From the NCBI GenBank assembly GCA_036524775.1, contig DATDBO010000040.1, forward strand, positions 2,085 through 66,084: 64,000 bases of DNA, written 5' to 3'. Positions 36,854-48,423 of this stretch are shown here, piece after piece (within the stretch, counting starts at the first letter, position 1; the number at the start of each line of letters is the position of its first letter). Source of the stretch: Solirubrobacterales bacterium. Its GTDB lineage: Bacteria; Actinomycetota; Thermoleophilia; Solirubrobacterales; 70-9. A program made the position numbers and the translations under genes. The notes beneath the pieces are model-generated. The model saw only the letters and a program-made list of their open reading frames with translations. It did no database searches and was not told the origin of the DNA.

Positions 36854-37268
36854 GTCGCCGGCAGTCTCACAGGTTTCGCGGTCCACGCGGACCCGGCTGC
36901 GCTTCCTTCGCCGCCTCGCGATCCTGGTCGTCTTCCTCGTCATTGCCGCGATCGCGATCGCGCAGTTCACCGAGCTGAAACGCCTCGCCACCGGCATCCT
37001 CGCCTCGACGGCGGTGCTGGCGGCGATCATCGGCTTCGCCGCCCAGCACACGATCGGCAACATGGTCGCCGGGGTGCAGCTGGCGGTCTCCCAGCCGTTC
37101 AAGATCGGCGACCGCGTCTCCTACGAGGAGGTCGAGGGCCGCGTCGTCGACATCACCCTCTCCTATACCTATGTCGACCCCGGCGACGGCACCGCCGTCG
37201 TCATCCCCAACCAGCTGCTGGTCGAAGGCGTCATCCACAACCTCTCCACCGAGGACACCCAGGCCTGA
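36852..37268 (+). CDS. small MscS-like mechanosensitive channel domain protein
   Basis: TM plus IGNMVAGVQLAVSQPFKIGDRV (MscS TM3/beta-domain signature). Confidence 0.55.
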   Translation: MSPAVSQVSRSTRTRLRFLRRLAILVVFLVIAAIAIAQFTELKRLATGILASTAVLAAIIGFAAQHTIGNMVAGVQLAVSQPFKIGDRVSYEEVEGRVVDITLSYTYVDPGDGTAVVIPNQLLVEGVIHNLSTEDTQA

Positions 37269-37298
37269 GCGCCGCGGCGGGCGAAGTACGCTCAAGCG

Positions 37299-39446
37299 AT
37301 GACGCAGCGCAACCGTCGAAGCCGGCGGCACCGCGGCGGCGCGGGCAGCAAGGTGCTCTTCGTCGCGATCGGAGTGGTCGCCCTGCTGGCGGTGGCGGTT
37401 GTCGGCGTCGCCTCCTGGGTGCTCGACGTCGCCGCCGACGCGCCCTCGCTCGCCGCCTGCGAGCGTGTGGACAAGCGCGGCAACACCGTGATCTACGCGA
37501 ATGACGGCAGCAAGCTGGGTCTGGTCCGCTCCGAAGAGGCGCGCGCGCCGGTCCCGCTCGAGCGCATCCCGAAGAGCCTCCAGCGCGCCACCGTCGCGAT
37601 CGAGGACGAGCGCTTCTACGAGCACGGCGGCGTCGACCCCGAGGCGATCGCCCGCGCCGCGCTGAAAAACCTCGAGGCGGGCCGCACGGTCGAGGGCGGC
37701 TCGACGATCACCCAGCAGCTCGTCCGCAACCTCTGCCTGCGCAACCCCGCCCGCGACATCGAGCGCAAGATCGTCGAGGCGAAGCTGGCGATCGAGTACG
37801 CCGAGCGCCACTCCCGGCGCCAGATCCTCGACCAATACCTGAATACGGCGACCTACGGGACGATCGACGGCGCGACCGCGGTCGGCGTCGGGGCCGGCGC
37901 GAAGATCTGGTTCTCGCGGCCGGTCTGGAAGCTGAGCCTGGCGCAGGCGGCGCTGCTGGCCGGCCTGCCGCAGGCGCCCTCCGAATACAACCCCGTGCTG
38001 CACCCGCGCGCGGCGCTCGCCCGCCGCAACGCCGTGCTCGCGAAGATGGCGAGCCTCGGCTACGTCACGCCGGTCCGGGCGCGCGCGGCTCGCGCGCGCG
38101 CCCTCGGGCTCGACCTCGACGAGGGCTACTTCGCCAAGCGCGAGCCGTACTTCTTCGACTACGTCGAAGGCGAGCTGATCGAGGTCTACGGCGCCCGCCG
38201 CGTGCGCGAGGGCGGTCTCGAGGTCCACACGACGATCGACCCGCGCCTGCAGGAGGCCGGCCTGGAGGCGATGCGCTCCGCCCTGCCCTACTCCGAAGAC
38301 CCCGCCGCGGCGCTGGTTTCGATCGACCCGCGCAGCGGCGAGATCGAGGCGATGGCCTCCAGCTCCTCCTATGACGACAGCCAGTTCAACCTCGCCGCGC
38401 AGGGGCATCGCCAGCCCGGCTCGACCTTCAAGACCTTCGTCCTGACGACGGCGATCAAGCAGGGCATCGACCCCTACTCGACCTACTACACCTCCAAGCC
38501 GCTCGACCTCGACCTGCCCGAGTGGGGCCACTGGGAGGTGGCGACCGCCGACGAGGGCTACCTCGGCACGGTCAACCTGCAGCAGGCGACGGTCGCCTCC
38601 GACAACACCGTCTTCGCCCAGCTCGACCTCGACGTCGGCCCGCGCCAGGTCAAGTGGACGGCAAAGTCGATGGGGATCGAAAGCCCGCTCGACGGCATCC
38701 CGGCGGAGGGAATCGGCGGCCTGCGGATCGGCGTCTCGCCGCTGGAGATGGCCGACGCCTACGCGACCGTCGCCGCCGACGGCATCCACCGTAAGCCGGT
38801 CGCGATCGAGCGGGTCGTCTTCCCAGGCGGGCGGGTCGAGCAGCCGCAGCGGCCCGCGCCCCGCCGGGTGCTCTCCGCGCCGATCGCCTACGAGGTCTGG
38901 CGCCTGCTGCACGACAACATCACCGAAGGCACCGGCACCGCCGCCTACACCGGCTGCCCCGGCCAGGGCGGCAAGACGGGCACGACCGACAACTTCACCG
39001 ACGCCTGGTTCGCCGGCATCCAGCCCAACCTGGCGACCGTCGTCTGGGTCGGCTACCCGGAATCGAACGCGATCGAAATGACCAGCGTGCACGGCACGAC
39101 CGTCTACGGAGGGACCTTCCCGGCGGAGATCTGGCACTCGCTCTATACGGGGGCGGAAGTGCCTTGCGAGGAATACGAGCCGCCCGATGGGAAAGTGAGC
39201 TGGGCCCCCTTCTACGGCTCGTTCACCAGCGGGCCGCCCGACAGCGATGACCTCGATGACGACTTCGAAGCCGAAGAGGGAGAGGAAAGCGAAGCGGAGC
39301 GGCTGGGCAAGGAAGCGACCGGCGGCTACGACCCGGACGCCTACGCACCCGGGGCCGGCCAGGAACCGACCCCGGTGCCGCCGCCCCCGCCGGCGTATGG
39401 AACCGGTGGCGGAGGGGGAGTTGACGGAGGAGCCGCGGCGGGATGA
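37299..39446 (+). CDS. class A penicillin-binding protein (PBP1A-type transglycosylase/transpeptidase)
   Basis: GT51 motif EDERFYEHGGVD. Transpeptidase STFK and KTGTT. Acidic/Pro-rich C-terminal tail. Confidence 0.9.
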   Translation: MTQRNRRSRRHRGGAGSKVLFVAIGVVALLAVAVVGVASWVLDVAADAPSLAACERVDKRGNTVIYANDGSKLGLVRSEEARAPVPLERIPKSLQRATVAIEDERFYEHGGVDPEAIARAALKNLEAGRTVEGGSTITQQLVRNLCLRNPARDIERKIVEAKLAIEYAERHSRRQILDQYLNTATYGTIDGATAVGVGAGAKIWFSRPVWKLSLAQAALLAGLPQAPSEYNPVLHPRAALARRNAVLAKMASLGYVTPVRARAARARALGLDLDEGYFAKREPYFFDYVEGELIEVYGARRVREGGLEVHTTIDPRLQEAGLEAMRSALPYSEDPAAALVSIDPRSGEIEAMASSSSYDDSQFNLAAQGHRQPGSTFKTFVLTTAIKQGIDPYSTYYTSKPLDLDLPEWGHWEVATADEGYLGTVNLQQATVASDNTVFAQLDLDVGPRQVKWTAKSMGIESPLDGIPAEGIGGLRIGVSPLEMADAYATVAADGIHRKPVAIERVVFPGGRVEQPQRPAPRRVLSAPIAYEVWRLLHDNITEGTGTAAYTGCPGQGGKTGTTDNFTDAWFAGIQPNLATVVWVGYPESNAIEMTSVHGTTVYGGTFPAEIWHSLYTGAEVPCEEYEPPDGKVSWAPFYGSFTSGPPDSDDLDDDFEAEEGEESEAERLGKEATGGYDPDAYAPGAGQEPTPVPPPPPAYGTGGGGGVDGGAAAG

Positions 39447-39470
39447 GATTGACGGCGCGGCCGCCCCGCG

Positions 39471-40529
39471 GTGTCTGACAGGCGGGGCCGGTGGGTCTGG
39501 GCCACGATTGTCGTCCTGGTCGCCAGCTTCGCCGTCGCCCCGGTCCTCCTCTCGCACGACGTCTACAGCTACGTCGACTACGCCCGCCTCGGCGTCGTCC
39601 ACGGCCTCGATCCCTACGTCTATCCGCCCGCGGCCGCGCCCTTCGACCCCGCCTACGCCCGCGTCACCTGGATCGACGCGACCAGCGCCTACGGGCCGCT
39701 CTTCACCCTGGCCACCTACCCGCTCGCCTGGCTGCCGGTGTGGTGGGCGGTCGCCGCGCTTAAGGCGACGGCCGCCCTCTCGGTCCTCGGCATCGCGCTC
39801 CTCGTCGCCAGGGCCGCGCCGGCGCGCGGCGTCTCCCCCCTCGGCGCGGCGGCCTTCGTCGCCCTCAATCCCCTGGTCCTGATCCACGTCGTCGGCGGCG
39901 CCCACAACGACGGCCTGGCGATGCTCGCGGCGACCCTCGGCATCGCCGCGACTCTCACCGCCCGCGAGGCGACGGCGGGCGCTGCCTTCGTAGCGGCTTT
40001 CGCGATCAAGGCCCCGGCGGCCATAGCGGCCCCCTTCGCCCTGGTCAGCGCGACACGCTTGCCGGATTCACCCCACTGGAGTGGGGTCAAATCGGGAATC
40101 GCCGCGCGCTTCCTGCTCGGGGCTGCCGTCGCCGCTCTGGCGATCGGAGTCGCCGCTTATGCCGCCTTCGGCTGGAACTGGCTCGACGCCCTCCGCCTCG
40201 CCGGCGAGAACCAGGACCGCGCCACTCACATGAGCATCCCGATAACCCTCGCCCGCCTGACCGGCCTCGACCCGACCGCGGTCCGCATCACCGCCCTCGC
40301 CCTCTTCGCGATCGCCTTCCTCTATCTCCTTATAAGGACGTGGCGGGGATCGGACTGGCTCCGCAACGCCGCCTGGGCCTCCTTCGCCCTCCTCCTGGCA
40401 ACGGCCTGGCTCCTCCCCTGGTACCTGATCTGGGCCCTGCCTCTCGCCGCTCTTTCAAGAGACCGCCCCCTCCAGCTCCTAACGATCGCCCTGACCGCCT
40501 ACCAGCTCCCCGCCCGGATGCCCCTGTAG
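39471..40529 (+). CDS. polytopic GT-C-like membrane glycosyltransferase (DUF2029/MptB/PimE-like)
   Basis: Multiple TM segments with an N-terminal HDVYSYVDYARLG loop. Confidence 0.5.
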   Translation: MSDRRGRWVWATIVVLVASFAVAPVLLSHDVYSYVDYARLGVVHGLDPYVYPPAAAPFDPAYARVTWIDATSAYGPLFTLATYPLAWLPVWWAVAALKATAALSVLGIALLVARAAPARGVSPLGAAAFVALNPLVLIHVVGGAHNDGLAMLAATLGIAATLTAREATAGAAFVAAFAIKAPAAIAAPFALVSATRLPDSPHWSGVKSGIAARFLLGAAVAALAIGVAAYAAFGWNWLDALRLAGENQDRATHMSIPITLARLTGLDPTAVRITALALFAIAFLYLLIRTWRGSDWLRNAAWASFALLLATAWLLPWYLIWALPLAALSRDRPLQLLTIALTAYQLPARMPL

Positions 40530-41570
40530 CTCGGCCTCAGCCGCTTCCTCCTCAGGCGAAGCATGGATGACGCCGGTCGGGATCGACCAACCCTCGCGCT
40601 TGCCCAGCGCGGTGACCAGCCCGACGTAGATCAGCTCGACCGCGGTCAGCACGAAGCGCACCGCGATCGCGATCAGCGAGCCGACCGCGAAGCTCTTGCC
40701 CGGCAGCGCCCCCTTCACCGCCCAGGCGAAGGCGGCGTCGCGGATCCCCAACCCGGCCGGCGCGACCAGGGTGACCAGCGCCGCAACGTAGCCGACTGCC
40801 TGCGCCGAGCCGACCGTGAGGATCTCGTCGGTGGGGACCGTCGCGACCGAGCGGGCGACGCAGTAGACGCCGACCGAAACCACGCTCCAGTTGAGCAGGT
40901 AGAAGAGGAGCAGACCGATCACGCCGCGCAGCGGGATCACGCCGGGCAGGGGGTCGCGGCCGAATGCCCGCAGTGCGCGGTCGGCGAGAGGCCGAAAGAC
41001 CGGCGGGCTGAGCAGCGCGACGAGCGCCGGGATCACCAGCACCACCGCCCAGCGCAGCGGCTGGTCCTGCAGGTCGGGGTGGCTGATCAGGAAGAAGGCG
41101 GCGAAGGCGATCCCCGACGTCGCCGAGATCGCCTGTTCGTAGGCGATGCTCGCCATCGTGATCCGCCGCGGCACGCCGGCCCGCTCGGAGAGCAGCAGGC
41201 GCCCCAGTACATAGAGCACGCTGCCGGGCACGTAGCGGGCGAGCAGCGGCTGGCCCCAAGCGACCTGCGCCCGTCCGAACCCGATCCGGTAGCCGAGCGC
41301 GCGCAGGATCAGATCCCAGCCGAGCGCGCTGAGCGCGTAGAAGAGCGGCAGGACGAGGAATGCCGGAATCAGCCAGACGAGGTGGAAGTGGACCCCCTCG
41401 CCCTTGATCTCCGACCACTGGTTGACGACGGTGAGGACGAGGAAGCCGAAGACGACGACCGCTATGCCGAGCTGAATCGCGAGCCGGACGCGCTTGCTGC
41501 GCGGGGGGCGGGAGCCGAAGCTGGCGGCGGTCTCACCGATCCGGTGTAGGAGTGGTTGGTCCTCTGCCAC
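40479..41570 (-). CDS. flippase-like membrane protein (lysyl-PG synthase TM-region/UPF0104-like)
   Basis: About 8 TM segments and general resemblance only. Confidence 0.5.
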   Translation of the reverse strand: MAEDQPLLHRIGETAASFGSRPPRSKRVRLAIQLGIAVVVFGFLVLTVVNQWSEIKGEGVHFHLVWLIPAFLVLPLFYALSALGWDLILRALGYRIGFGRAQVAWGQPLLARYVPGSVLYVLGRLLLSERAGVPRRITMASIAYEQAISATSGIAFAAFFLISHPDLQDQPLRWAVVLVIPALVALLSPPVFRPLADRALRAFGRDPLPGVIPLRGVIGLLLFYLLNWSVVSVGVYCVARSVATVPTDEILTVGSAQAVGYVAALVTLVAPAGLGIRDAAFAWAVKGALPGKSFAVGSLIAIAVRFVLTAVELIYVGLVTALGKREGWSIPTGVIHASPEEEAAEAELQGHPGGELVGGQGDR

Positions 41571-41634
41571 GCTTGTCGCACCTTAGTCAGGTCATGGGCT
41601 GTTACCCGGTACCCGCAGCGGGCAGAATGGCCGC

Positions 41635-42540
41635 ATGGGCGAGTTCGATCTCCTCGCGCGCGTGCGGGAACGGCTTCCTCAGCCGGGCCCCCGCGTGCGG
41701 CTCGGCAGCGGCGACGACGCCGCCGTCTCAGTGCCCGGCGGGGCTACCGCAACCTCGGTCGACGCACTCGTCGACGGCGTCCACTTCCGCCGCCAGTGGA
41801 GCAGCCCGGCGCAGATCGGCGCCAAGGCCCTGGCCGTCGCCCTCTCGGACCTGGCGGCGATGGGGGCGGCGCCGGGCGAGGCCTACGTCGTGCTCGGCGT
41901 CCCCGCCGACCTCGACGAGGACGGCTGCCTCGAGCTGCTCGACGGCCTCGCCCGCGTGGCCGTCGAGACCGGCACGACGCTGGCCGGGGGAGACGTGACG
42001 CGGGCACCGGTCCTGACCCTGGCGGTGACCGTCGTCGGCCACGCAGAGCGCGCCGAGGACCTGGTGAGGCGATCCGGTGCCCGTCCGGGCGACGTACTGG
42101 TCGTGACCGGCGAGCTGGGCGGCGCTGCGGCCGGTTTCCAGCTGCTGGAACAGGGGAAAGACGGACCGCCTGCCTTGATCGCACGCCAACTCGAGCCGAA
42201 GCCGCGCCTTGCGGAGGGGAGGATGCTGGCGAAAGCGGGCGCCACGGCGATGATCGACCTCAGCGACGGCCTCGGCGGCGACGCGGGGCACCTCGCCGAG
42301 GCAAGCGGCGTCGGATTGAAAATCGACGCCGACTCCCTTCCACTTGCCGACGGAGTCACCGACATGGTCCTTGCCGTCTCGGGAGGCGAAGACTACGAGT
42401 TGCTCGCGGCGATTCCTCGGGATCGGGTCCCCGACGGCCCGGTGACGCCGATCGGCGAGGTCGTCGCCGGCGAGGGGGTCGAGATCAGGCTGCCTGGCGG
42501 GGAACTTCTGGAGCCGACTGGATTCGATCAGCTGGATTGA
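41635..42540 (+). CDS. thiL: thiamine-monophosphate kinase
   Basis: N-terminal GEFDLL...GSGDDAAV and AIR-synthase-like fold motifs. Confidence 0.85.
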   Translation: MGEFDLLARVRERLPQPGPRVRLGSGDDAAVSVPGGATATSVDALVDGVHFRRQWSSPAQIGAKALAVALSDLAAMGAAPGEAYVVLGVPADLDEDGCLELLDGLARVAVETGTTLAGGDVTRAPVLTLAVTVVGHAERAEDLVRRSGARPGDVLVVTGELGGAAAGFQLLEQGKDGPPALIARQLEPKPRLAEGRMLAKAGATAMIDLSDGLGGDAGHLAEASGVGLKIDADSLPLADGVTDMVLAVSGGEDYELLAAIPRDRVPDGPVTPIGEVVAGEGVEIRLPGGELLEPTGFDQLD

Positions 42541-42772
42541 GCGTCGCGCCGGTCAGCAGCACCCGCACACCGCGGCGGCGCAGCATCGCGCACGCGATCG
42601 CTTCCGGCCGGGGCCGGTAGGCGCCGCTCTCGACGAGGCTTTTCAGGTCGCGCTGCTCCATCACGAGCTTCATATCGGCCGCCCACCCGTCAACCTTAGT
42701 TCTTGGTACTAGCACATACGTCCACAACGCCTGACCGGTCGGTTGGCCGGACAGCCGGACTACTCTTTGTCC

Positions 42773-43467
<695 letters not shown>

Positions 43468-43471
<4 letters not shown>

Positions 43472-44529
43472 ACCGGCTCCGCCTCACCCCGCTCGGCAGC
43501 ATGATCACGACCGTGTCGCTGTCGATCGGGGTGGGGACCTCGATCATCGTCTACCTCTGGGTGGTGGTGGTCGAAGGGCACGACGGCGCGGCCGGCCCGA
43601 TCCTCACCGGCGGCCTGATCGCCATCCTGCTCGCCCTCGCCATCGGCTACTACTTCGCCCGCCTGGTCGCCCTGCGGGTGAGCCGGATCGAGGACGCCGC
43701 ACGCAAGGTCGCCGACGGCGACTTCGCCACCCGCATCCCGGTCGACTCCTCCGGCCAGCTCGGCCAGCTCGCGCGCACCTTCAACGAGATGCAGCGCCGC
43801 CTGGCCGAGCTCGACAGCGCCCGCAAGCAGTTCATCGCCAACGCCTCGCACGAGCTGCGCACGCCGATCTTCAGCCTCGGCGGCTTCGTCGAGCTGCTCG
43901 ACGAGGAGGACCCGAACCCGGAGGAGCGGGCCGAGTTCATACGGACGATGCGCCGGCAGATCGAGCGGCTGACCAAGCTCACCGGCGACCTGCTCAACCT
44001 CTCCCAGCTGGACGCCGGCGGGATCGTCATGGAGATCCGCAGCGTCGACCTCGGCTCGCTGGCGCGCGACGTGGTGCGCGAGTTCGGCGCCCGGGCCGAA
44101 CTGCGCGGCTCGCGGCTCGAGCTGCGCACGCCGCAGCACCCGGTGATCGCCGGCGCCGACCCGGAGAGGGTGCGACAGATCATCCGTATCCTGCTCGACA
44201 ACGCCCTCACCCACACCCCGGAGGGCACCAGCGTCACCGTGACCATCTACTCCGTCGACCAGCGCGCCGAGCTGACCGTCTCCGACGACGGCACCGGCAT
44301 TCCGCAGCGGGTTCAGAAACGCATCTTCGAGCGCTTCTACACGGCCGACTCCGCGGGCGGCTCGGGGCTCGGCCTGGCGATCGCGCGCGAGCTGGCCCAG
44401 CGCCTGGACGGCCGCATCGCGATCTCCTCCAGCCGTCGCTTCACCGCCTTCACGCTCGACCTGCCGCTCGCCCCACCCGGGGCCTCGCCGCCGCCCCTCG
44501 TCGCCGACGAGGCGAAGGCGACCGCGTGA
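43468..44529 (+). CDS. sensor histidine kinase (HAMP plus HisKA plus HATPase)
   Basis: H-box SHELRTPI, N-box DNALTHTP, G-box GGSGLGLAI. ATGA-type overlap with the regulator. Confidence 0.85.
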
Positions 44530-45650
44530 GGGCGCTCCTCCCGGCGCTGCTCATCCTGGCCCTGCTCGCCGGCTGCGGCGGCGAGGACGAGGGCGCTTCG
44601 GGAGCGGCCGCCCCTGAGACGACCAAGACGACGACCCAGGTCGTCGTGCAGGCGGCGAGCGAGGGCTTCGATGCGGCCGCCGTCTACCGCGAGGCCTCCC
44701 CCGGCGTGGTCACGATCCGCTCGATCTTCAACCAGGGTGCGGCCGAAGGCTCCGGCTTCGTGCTCGACACCGAGGGCCGGATCGTCACCAACGCCCATGT
44801 CGTCACCAACGGCGAGGGGGAGGACCGCAAGGAGGCGAAGGCCGTCTACGTCGAGTTCCCCGACCGCAACGTCGTGCCCGCGCAGATCGTCGGCTTCGAT
44901 CCCTTCGCCGACGTCGCCCTGCTCGAGGTCGCGCCCGACGGCTTCGAGCTGCACCCGCTCGAGCTGGGCGACGACGAGGCGCTGGTGGTCGGCCAGCCGG
45001 TGGCGGCGATCGGCAGCCCCTTCGGCGAGCAGCAGTCGCTCTCGATCGGGATCGTCTCCGCCACCGACCGCTCGGTCGGCTCGCTGACCCAGTTCCAGAT
45101 CGAGGGCGCGATCCAGACCGACGCCTCGATCAACCCCGGCAACTCGGGCGGGCCGCTGCTCGACGCGGGTGCCCGCGTGGTCGGCATCAACCAACAGATC
45201 GAGACCAACTCCGGCGCCAACGACGGCGTCGGCTTCGCGGTGCCGATCTCGACGGTGAAGCGCTCGATCGAGCAGCTGCAGCGCAGCGGCGAGGCCGAGT
45301 ACGCATACATCGGCGTCTCTGTGCAGGCGATCTACCCGCAGCTCGCCGAGAAGCTGGACCTCCCCGTCGACCGCGGCGGCCTGATCGCCGAAGTCGTCCC
45401 GGACGGCCCGGCTGACGAGGCCGGCCTGGAGGGCGGCGACGGCAAACTGCGCTTCCAAGGGGTCCCCTACGAAACCGGCGGCGACACGATCCTCGCCGTC
45501 GAGGGCCGCGAGGTCGTCCAGCCCGACGACCTCGCCCGCTACATGTCCCTCTTCCAGCCGGGCGACAAGGTGACGCTCGACGTGATCCGCGAGGACGGCG
45601 AGCGCGCGAGGGTCGAGGTTGCTTTGGGAAAGCGCCCGGTCGCCGAATAG
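44526..45650 (+). CDS. HtrA/DegP/PepD-like serine protease with PDZ domain
   Basis: Lipobox-like LLAGC. Catalytic GNSGGPL. C-terminal PDZ. Confidence 0.9.
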   Translation: MRALLPALLILALLAGCGGEDEGASGAAAPETTKTTTQVVVQAASEGFDAAAVYREASPGVVTIRSIFNQGAAEGSGFVLDTEGRIVTNAHVVTNGEGEDRKEAKAVYVEFPDRNVVPAQIVGFDPFADVALLEVAPDGFELHPLELGDDEALVVGQPVAAIGSPFGEQQSLSIGIVSATDRSVGSLTQFQIEGAIQTDASINPGNSGGPLLDAGARVVGINQQIETNSGANDGVGFAVPISTVKRSIEQLQRSGEAEYAYIGVSVQAIYPQLAEKLDLPVDRGGLIAEVVPDGPADEAGLEGGDGKLRFQGVPYETGGDTILAVEGREVVQPDDLARYMSLFQPGDKVTLDVIREDGERARVEVALGKRPVAE

Positions 45651-45689
45651 GGCGCGGCGTCCAACCGCCGTCCCCGGTAGAAATCGCCG

Positions 45690-46928
45690 ATGCTTCAGGA
45701 AGTCGCCCTCGGGCAGAAGTCCCTCTCCGACTACACCCACATCGCGGGTAAGGAGCTGAGCGAGCGGATCCGCGAGCTGGCGAAGCCGCTGGAGGGACAG
45801 CGGGTGCTGCACGTCAGCGCGACCGCGTTCGGCGGCGGCGTCTCGGAGATCCTGTACACGATCGTGCCGCTGATGCGCGACGTCGGCATCGACGCGCACT
45901 GGCACGTCATCTTCGGCAAGGAAGAGTTCTTCAACGCGACCAAGCTGCTGCACAACTCGCTGCAGGGGGCGGAGGAGACGCTGAGCGCCGAGCAGTGGGC
46001 GATCTTCGACGAGATCAACGCGGTCAACGCCGACGGGCTGAAAGGCGAGTGGGACACGATCGTCGTCCACGACCCGCAGCCGATCGGCCTGCGTCGCGGC
46101 GCGTCGGAGAAGAGCCGCAACTGGATCTGGCGCTGCCACATCGACCTCTCCGAGCCGAACCCGGCGCCGATCGCCCGCCTGCAGCCGCTGATCGAGGAGT
46201 ACGACGCGACCGTCTGGCACCTGCCCGACTACGTGCCCAACGGGATCAACGGCCACAACGGCATCCGCATCATCCCGCCGGCGATCGACCCGCTCTCGCC
46301 GAAGAACATGGCCTTCTCGCCCGACGACGCCGCCTTCGTCTGCCACCAGTTCGGCATAGACGTCGACCGCCCGCTGATCACCCAGGTGTCTCGCTTCGAC
46401 CCGTGGAAGGACCCGATCGGCGTGATCGACGCCTACCGCGCGGTGACCGCGGAGATGCCCGAGGTGCAGCTGGCGCTGGTCGGCTCGATGGCGACCGACG
46501 ACCCGGAGGGCTGGGAGTTCTTCCAGCAGACGGTCGAATACGCCGACGGCGACGAGGACATCAAGATCCTCAACAACCTCAACAACGTCGGCGCGATCGA
46601 GGTCAACGCCTTCCAGTCGCAATCGGACGTCTGCCTGCAGAAGTCGATCCGCGAGGGCTTCGGCCTGACCGTCACCGAGGCGCTCTGGAAGGGGCGCCCG
46701 ACGGTCGCCGGCAACGTCGGCGGCATCCCGCTGCAGATCACCGACGGCGAGAGCGGCTTCCTGGTCGACTCCCCGCAGGAGTGTGCGCAGCGCTGCATCG
46801 AGATCCTCGCCGACCCGGAGCTGGGCATGCGCCTCGGCAAGGCGGGCAAGGAACACGCCCGGCGCGAGTTCCTCTCGCCGCGATTGCTGCGCGACTGGCT
46901 GCAGTTGTTCGGCGAATTGGACGAGTAG
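45690..46928 (+). CDS. GT4 glycosyltransferase, TreT-like trehalose synthase
   Basis: N-terminal HVSATAFGGGVSEIL and C-terminal GT4 E-x7-E region (REGFGLTVTEALWKG). Adjacent to otsA. Confidence 0.65.
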   Translation: MLQEVALGQKSLSDYTHIAGKELSERIRELAKPLEGQRVLHVSATAFGGGVSEILYTIVPLMRDVGIDAHWHVIFGKEEFFNATKLLHNSLQGAEETLSAEQWAIFDEINAVNADGLKGEWDTIVVHDPQPIGLRRGASEKSRNWIWRCHIDLSEPNPAPIARLQPLIEEYDATVWHLPDYVPNGINGHNGIRIIPPAIDPLSPKNMAFSPDDAAFVCHQFGIDVDRPLITQVSRFDPWKDPIGVIDAYRAVTAEMPEVQLALVGSMATDDPEGWEFFQQTVEYADGDEDIKILNNLNNVGAIEVNAFQSQSDVCLQKSIREGFGLTVTEALWKGRPTVAGNVGGIPLQITDGESGFLVDSPQECAQRCIEILADPELGMRLGKAGKEHARREFLSPRLLRDWLQLFGELDE

Positions 46929-46959
46929 CCCGGGGCGGTCGGGGTAGGCTGAGGGGCCG

Positions 46960-48423
46960 ATGCCCGACTCCGATCCGCTGATCATCGTCTCCAACCGCGG
47001 GCCGGCGCAGTTCGAGCGCGACGAGTCGGACGAGCGCACCGTGCAGCGCGGCGGCGGCGGGTTGGTGACGGCGCTCTCGGGCCTCGTCTCCCACCGCGAG
47101 GCGCTCTGGATCGCCTCGGCGATGACCGACGAGGACGTCGCCGTCTCCGAGGAGCGCGGCGGGCCGGTCGAGCTCTCGATCGACGGGATCGAGTACCGGG
47201 TGCTGCTGGTCGGCAGCGATCCCGACGCCTACGACGGCTTCTACAACGTGATCGCCAACCCGATCCTGTGGTTCATCCAGCACTACCTCTGGGACCTCTC
47301 CAACGCGCCGGACATCCGCCAGACGGAGCTCGACGCCTGGGACTACGGCTACCAGGCGGTCAACCGAGACATCGCCCGCGCCGTGCTGGGCCAGATTGAG
47401 GATCGCGAGCGGCCGCTGGTGATGCTGCACGACTACCACCTCTACACCGCGCCGGCGATGATCCGCGACGCGCGGCCGGACGCCTTCCTGCACCACTTCG
47501 TCCACATCCCCTGGTCGCAGCCCGACAGCTGGCGCATCCTGCCCGGGCGGATCCGCGAGGCGATCTTCCGCGGCATGCTCGCCAACGACATCATCGGCTT
47601 CCACACGCACGCCTACTGCATCAACTTCATCCGCTGCTGCGACGAACTGCTCGAGGTAGAGGTCGACTACGACAGCTGCGTGGTGCGGCACGCCGGCGGC
47701 GAGACGCGGGCGCGCGCCTACCCGCTCTCGATCGACGCGGAGCGGCTGCGGCGGGCGGCCGAGTCGACCGAGGTGCGCCAGTACGAGCGCGACCTGCTGG
47801 AGCGGCGGCGCGAGCACCTGATCATCCGCGTCGACCGCGCGGACCTCTCGAAGAACGTGCTGCGCGGCTTCACCGCCTTCGACACCTTCCTCACCCAGCA
47901 CCCGGAGTTCCTCGAGAAGGTGACCTTCATCGCCCACCTGCAGCCCTCGCGCCAGGACGTGCCCGAGTACGCCGAGTACCTGGAGAAAATCGAGGCGCTG
48001 GTGGCGGTCGTCAACCACCGCCACGGCACCACCGACTGGATGCCGATCGACCTGAAGATCTACGAGAACTTCCACGAGGCGGTCGCCCGCTACAAGCACT
48101 TCGACCTCTTGATGGTCAACTCGATCTTCGACGGGATGAACCTGGTCGCCAAGGAGGCGCCGGCGGTCAACACCCGCGACGGCGTCCTGATGCTTTCCGA
48201 GAACACCGGCTCGCACGAGGAGCTGGCCGATTGCGTCCTCTCGGTCAACCCCTTCGACGTCCAGGAGCAGGCCGACGCGATCTATCGGGCGCTGACGATG
48301 GAGCCGGAAGAGCGGCGGCTGCGCGCGGCGCACCTGAAGGAGATCATCTACTCGCGCAATCCGGGGGATTGGGTGGACGAGCAGTTGAAGGACATCGACG
48401 CGTTGCGTGAGGCGGTGGCGTGA
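46960..48423 (+). CDS. otsA: trehalose-6-phosphate synthase (GT20)
   Basis: IIVSNRGP...GGGLVTAL, HDYHL and other GT20-typical segments. Confidence 0.85.
   Translation: MPDSDPLIIVSNRGPAQFERDESDERTVQRGGGGLVTALSGLVSHREALWIASAMTDEDVAVSEERGGPVELSIDGIEYRVLLVGSDPDAYDGFYNVIANPILWFIQHYLWDLSNAPDIRQTELDAWDYGYQAVNRDIARAVLGQIEDRERPLVMLHDYHLYTAPAMIRDARPDAFLHHFVHIPWSQPDSWRILPGRIREAIFRGMLANDIIGFHTHAYCINFIRCCDELLEVEVDYDSCVVRHAGGETRARAYPLSIDAERLRRAAESTEVRQYERDLLERRREHLIIRVDRADLSKNVLRGFTAFDTFLTQHPEFLEKVTFIAHLQPSRQDVPEYAEYLEKIEALVAVVNHRHGTTDWMPIDLKIYENFHEAVARYKHFDLLMVNSIFDGMNLVAKEAPAVNTRDGVLMLSENTGSHEELADCVLSVNPFDVQEQADAIYRALTMEPEERRLRAAHLKEIIYSRNPGDWVDEQLKDIDALREAVA

Noticed and set aside
36867-39905. 1012-aa minus-strand ORF.
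   Set aside because: Antisense to PBP1A, which has GT51 and transpeptidase motifs. The translation is low-complexity R/G/A/D-rich.
42485-42673. 62-aa minus-strand ORF whose sequence (QRDLKSLVESGAYRPRPEAIACAML) resembles the FlgM anti-sigma C-terminus.
   Set aside because: It overlaps the thiL 3' end by 56 nt, has no flagellar context in the window, and the similarity is short. Kept only as a note.
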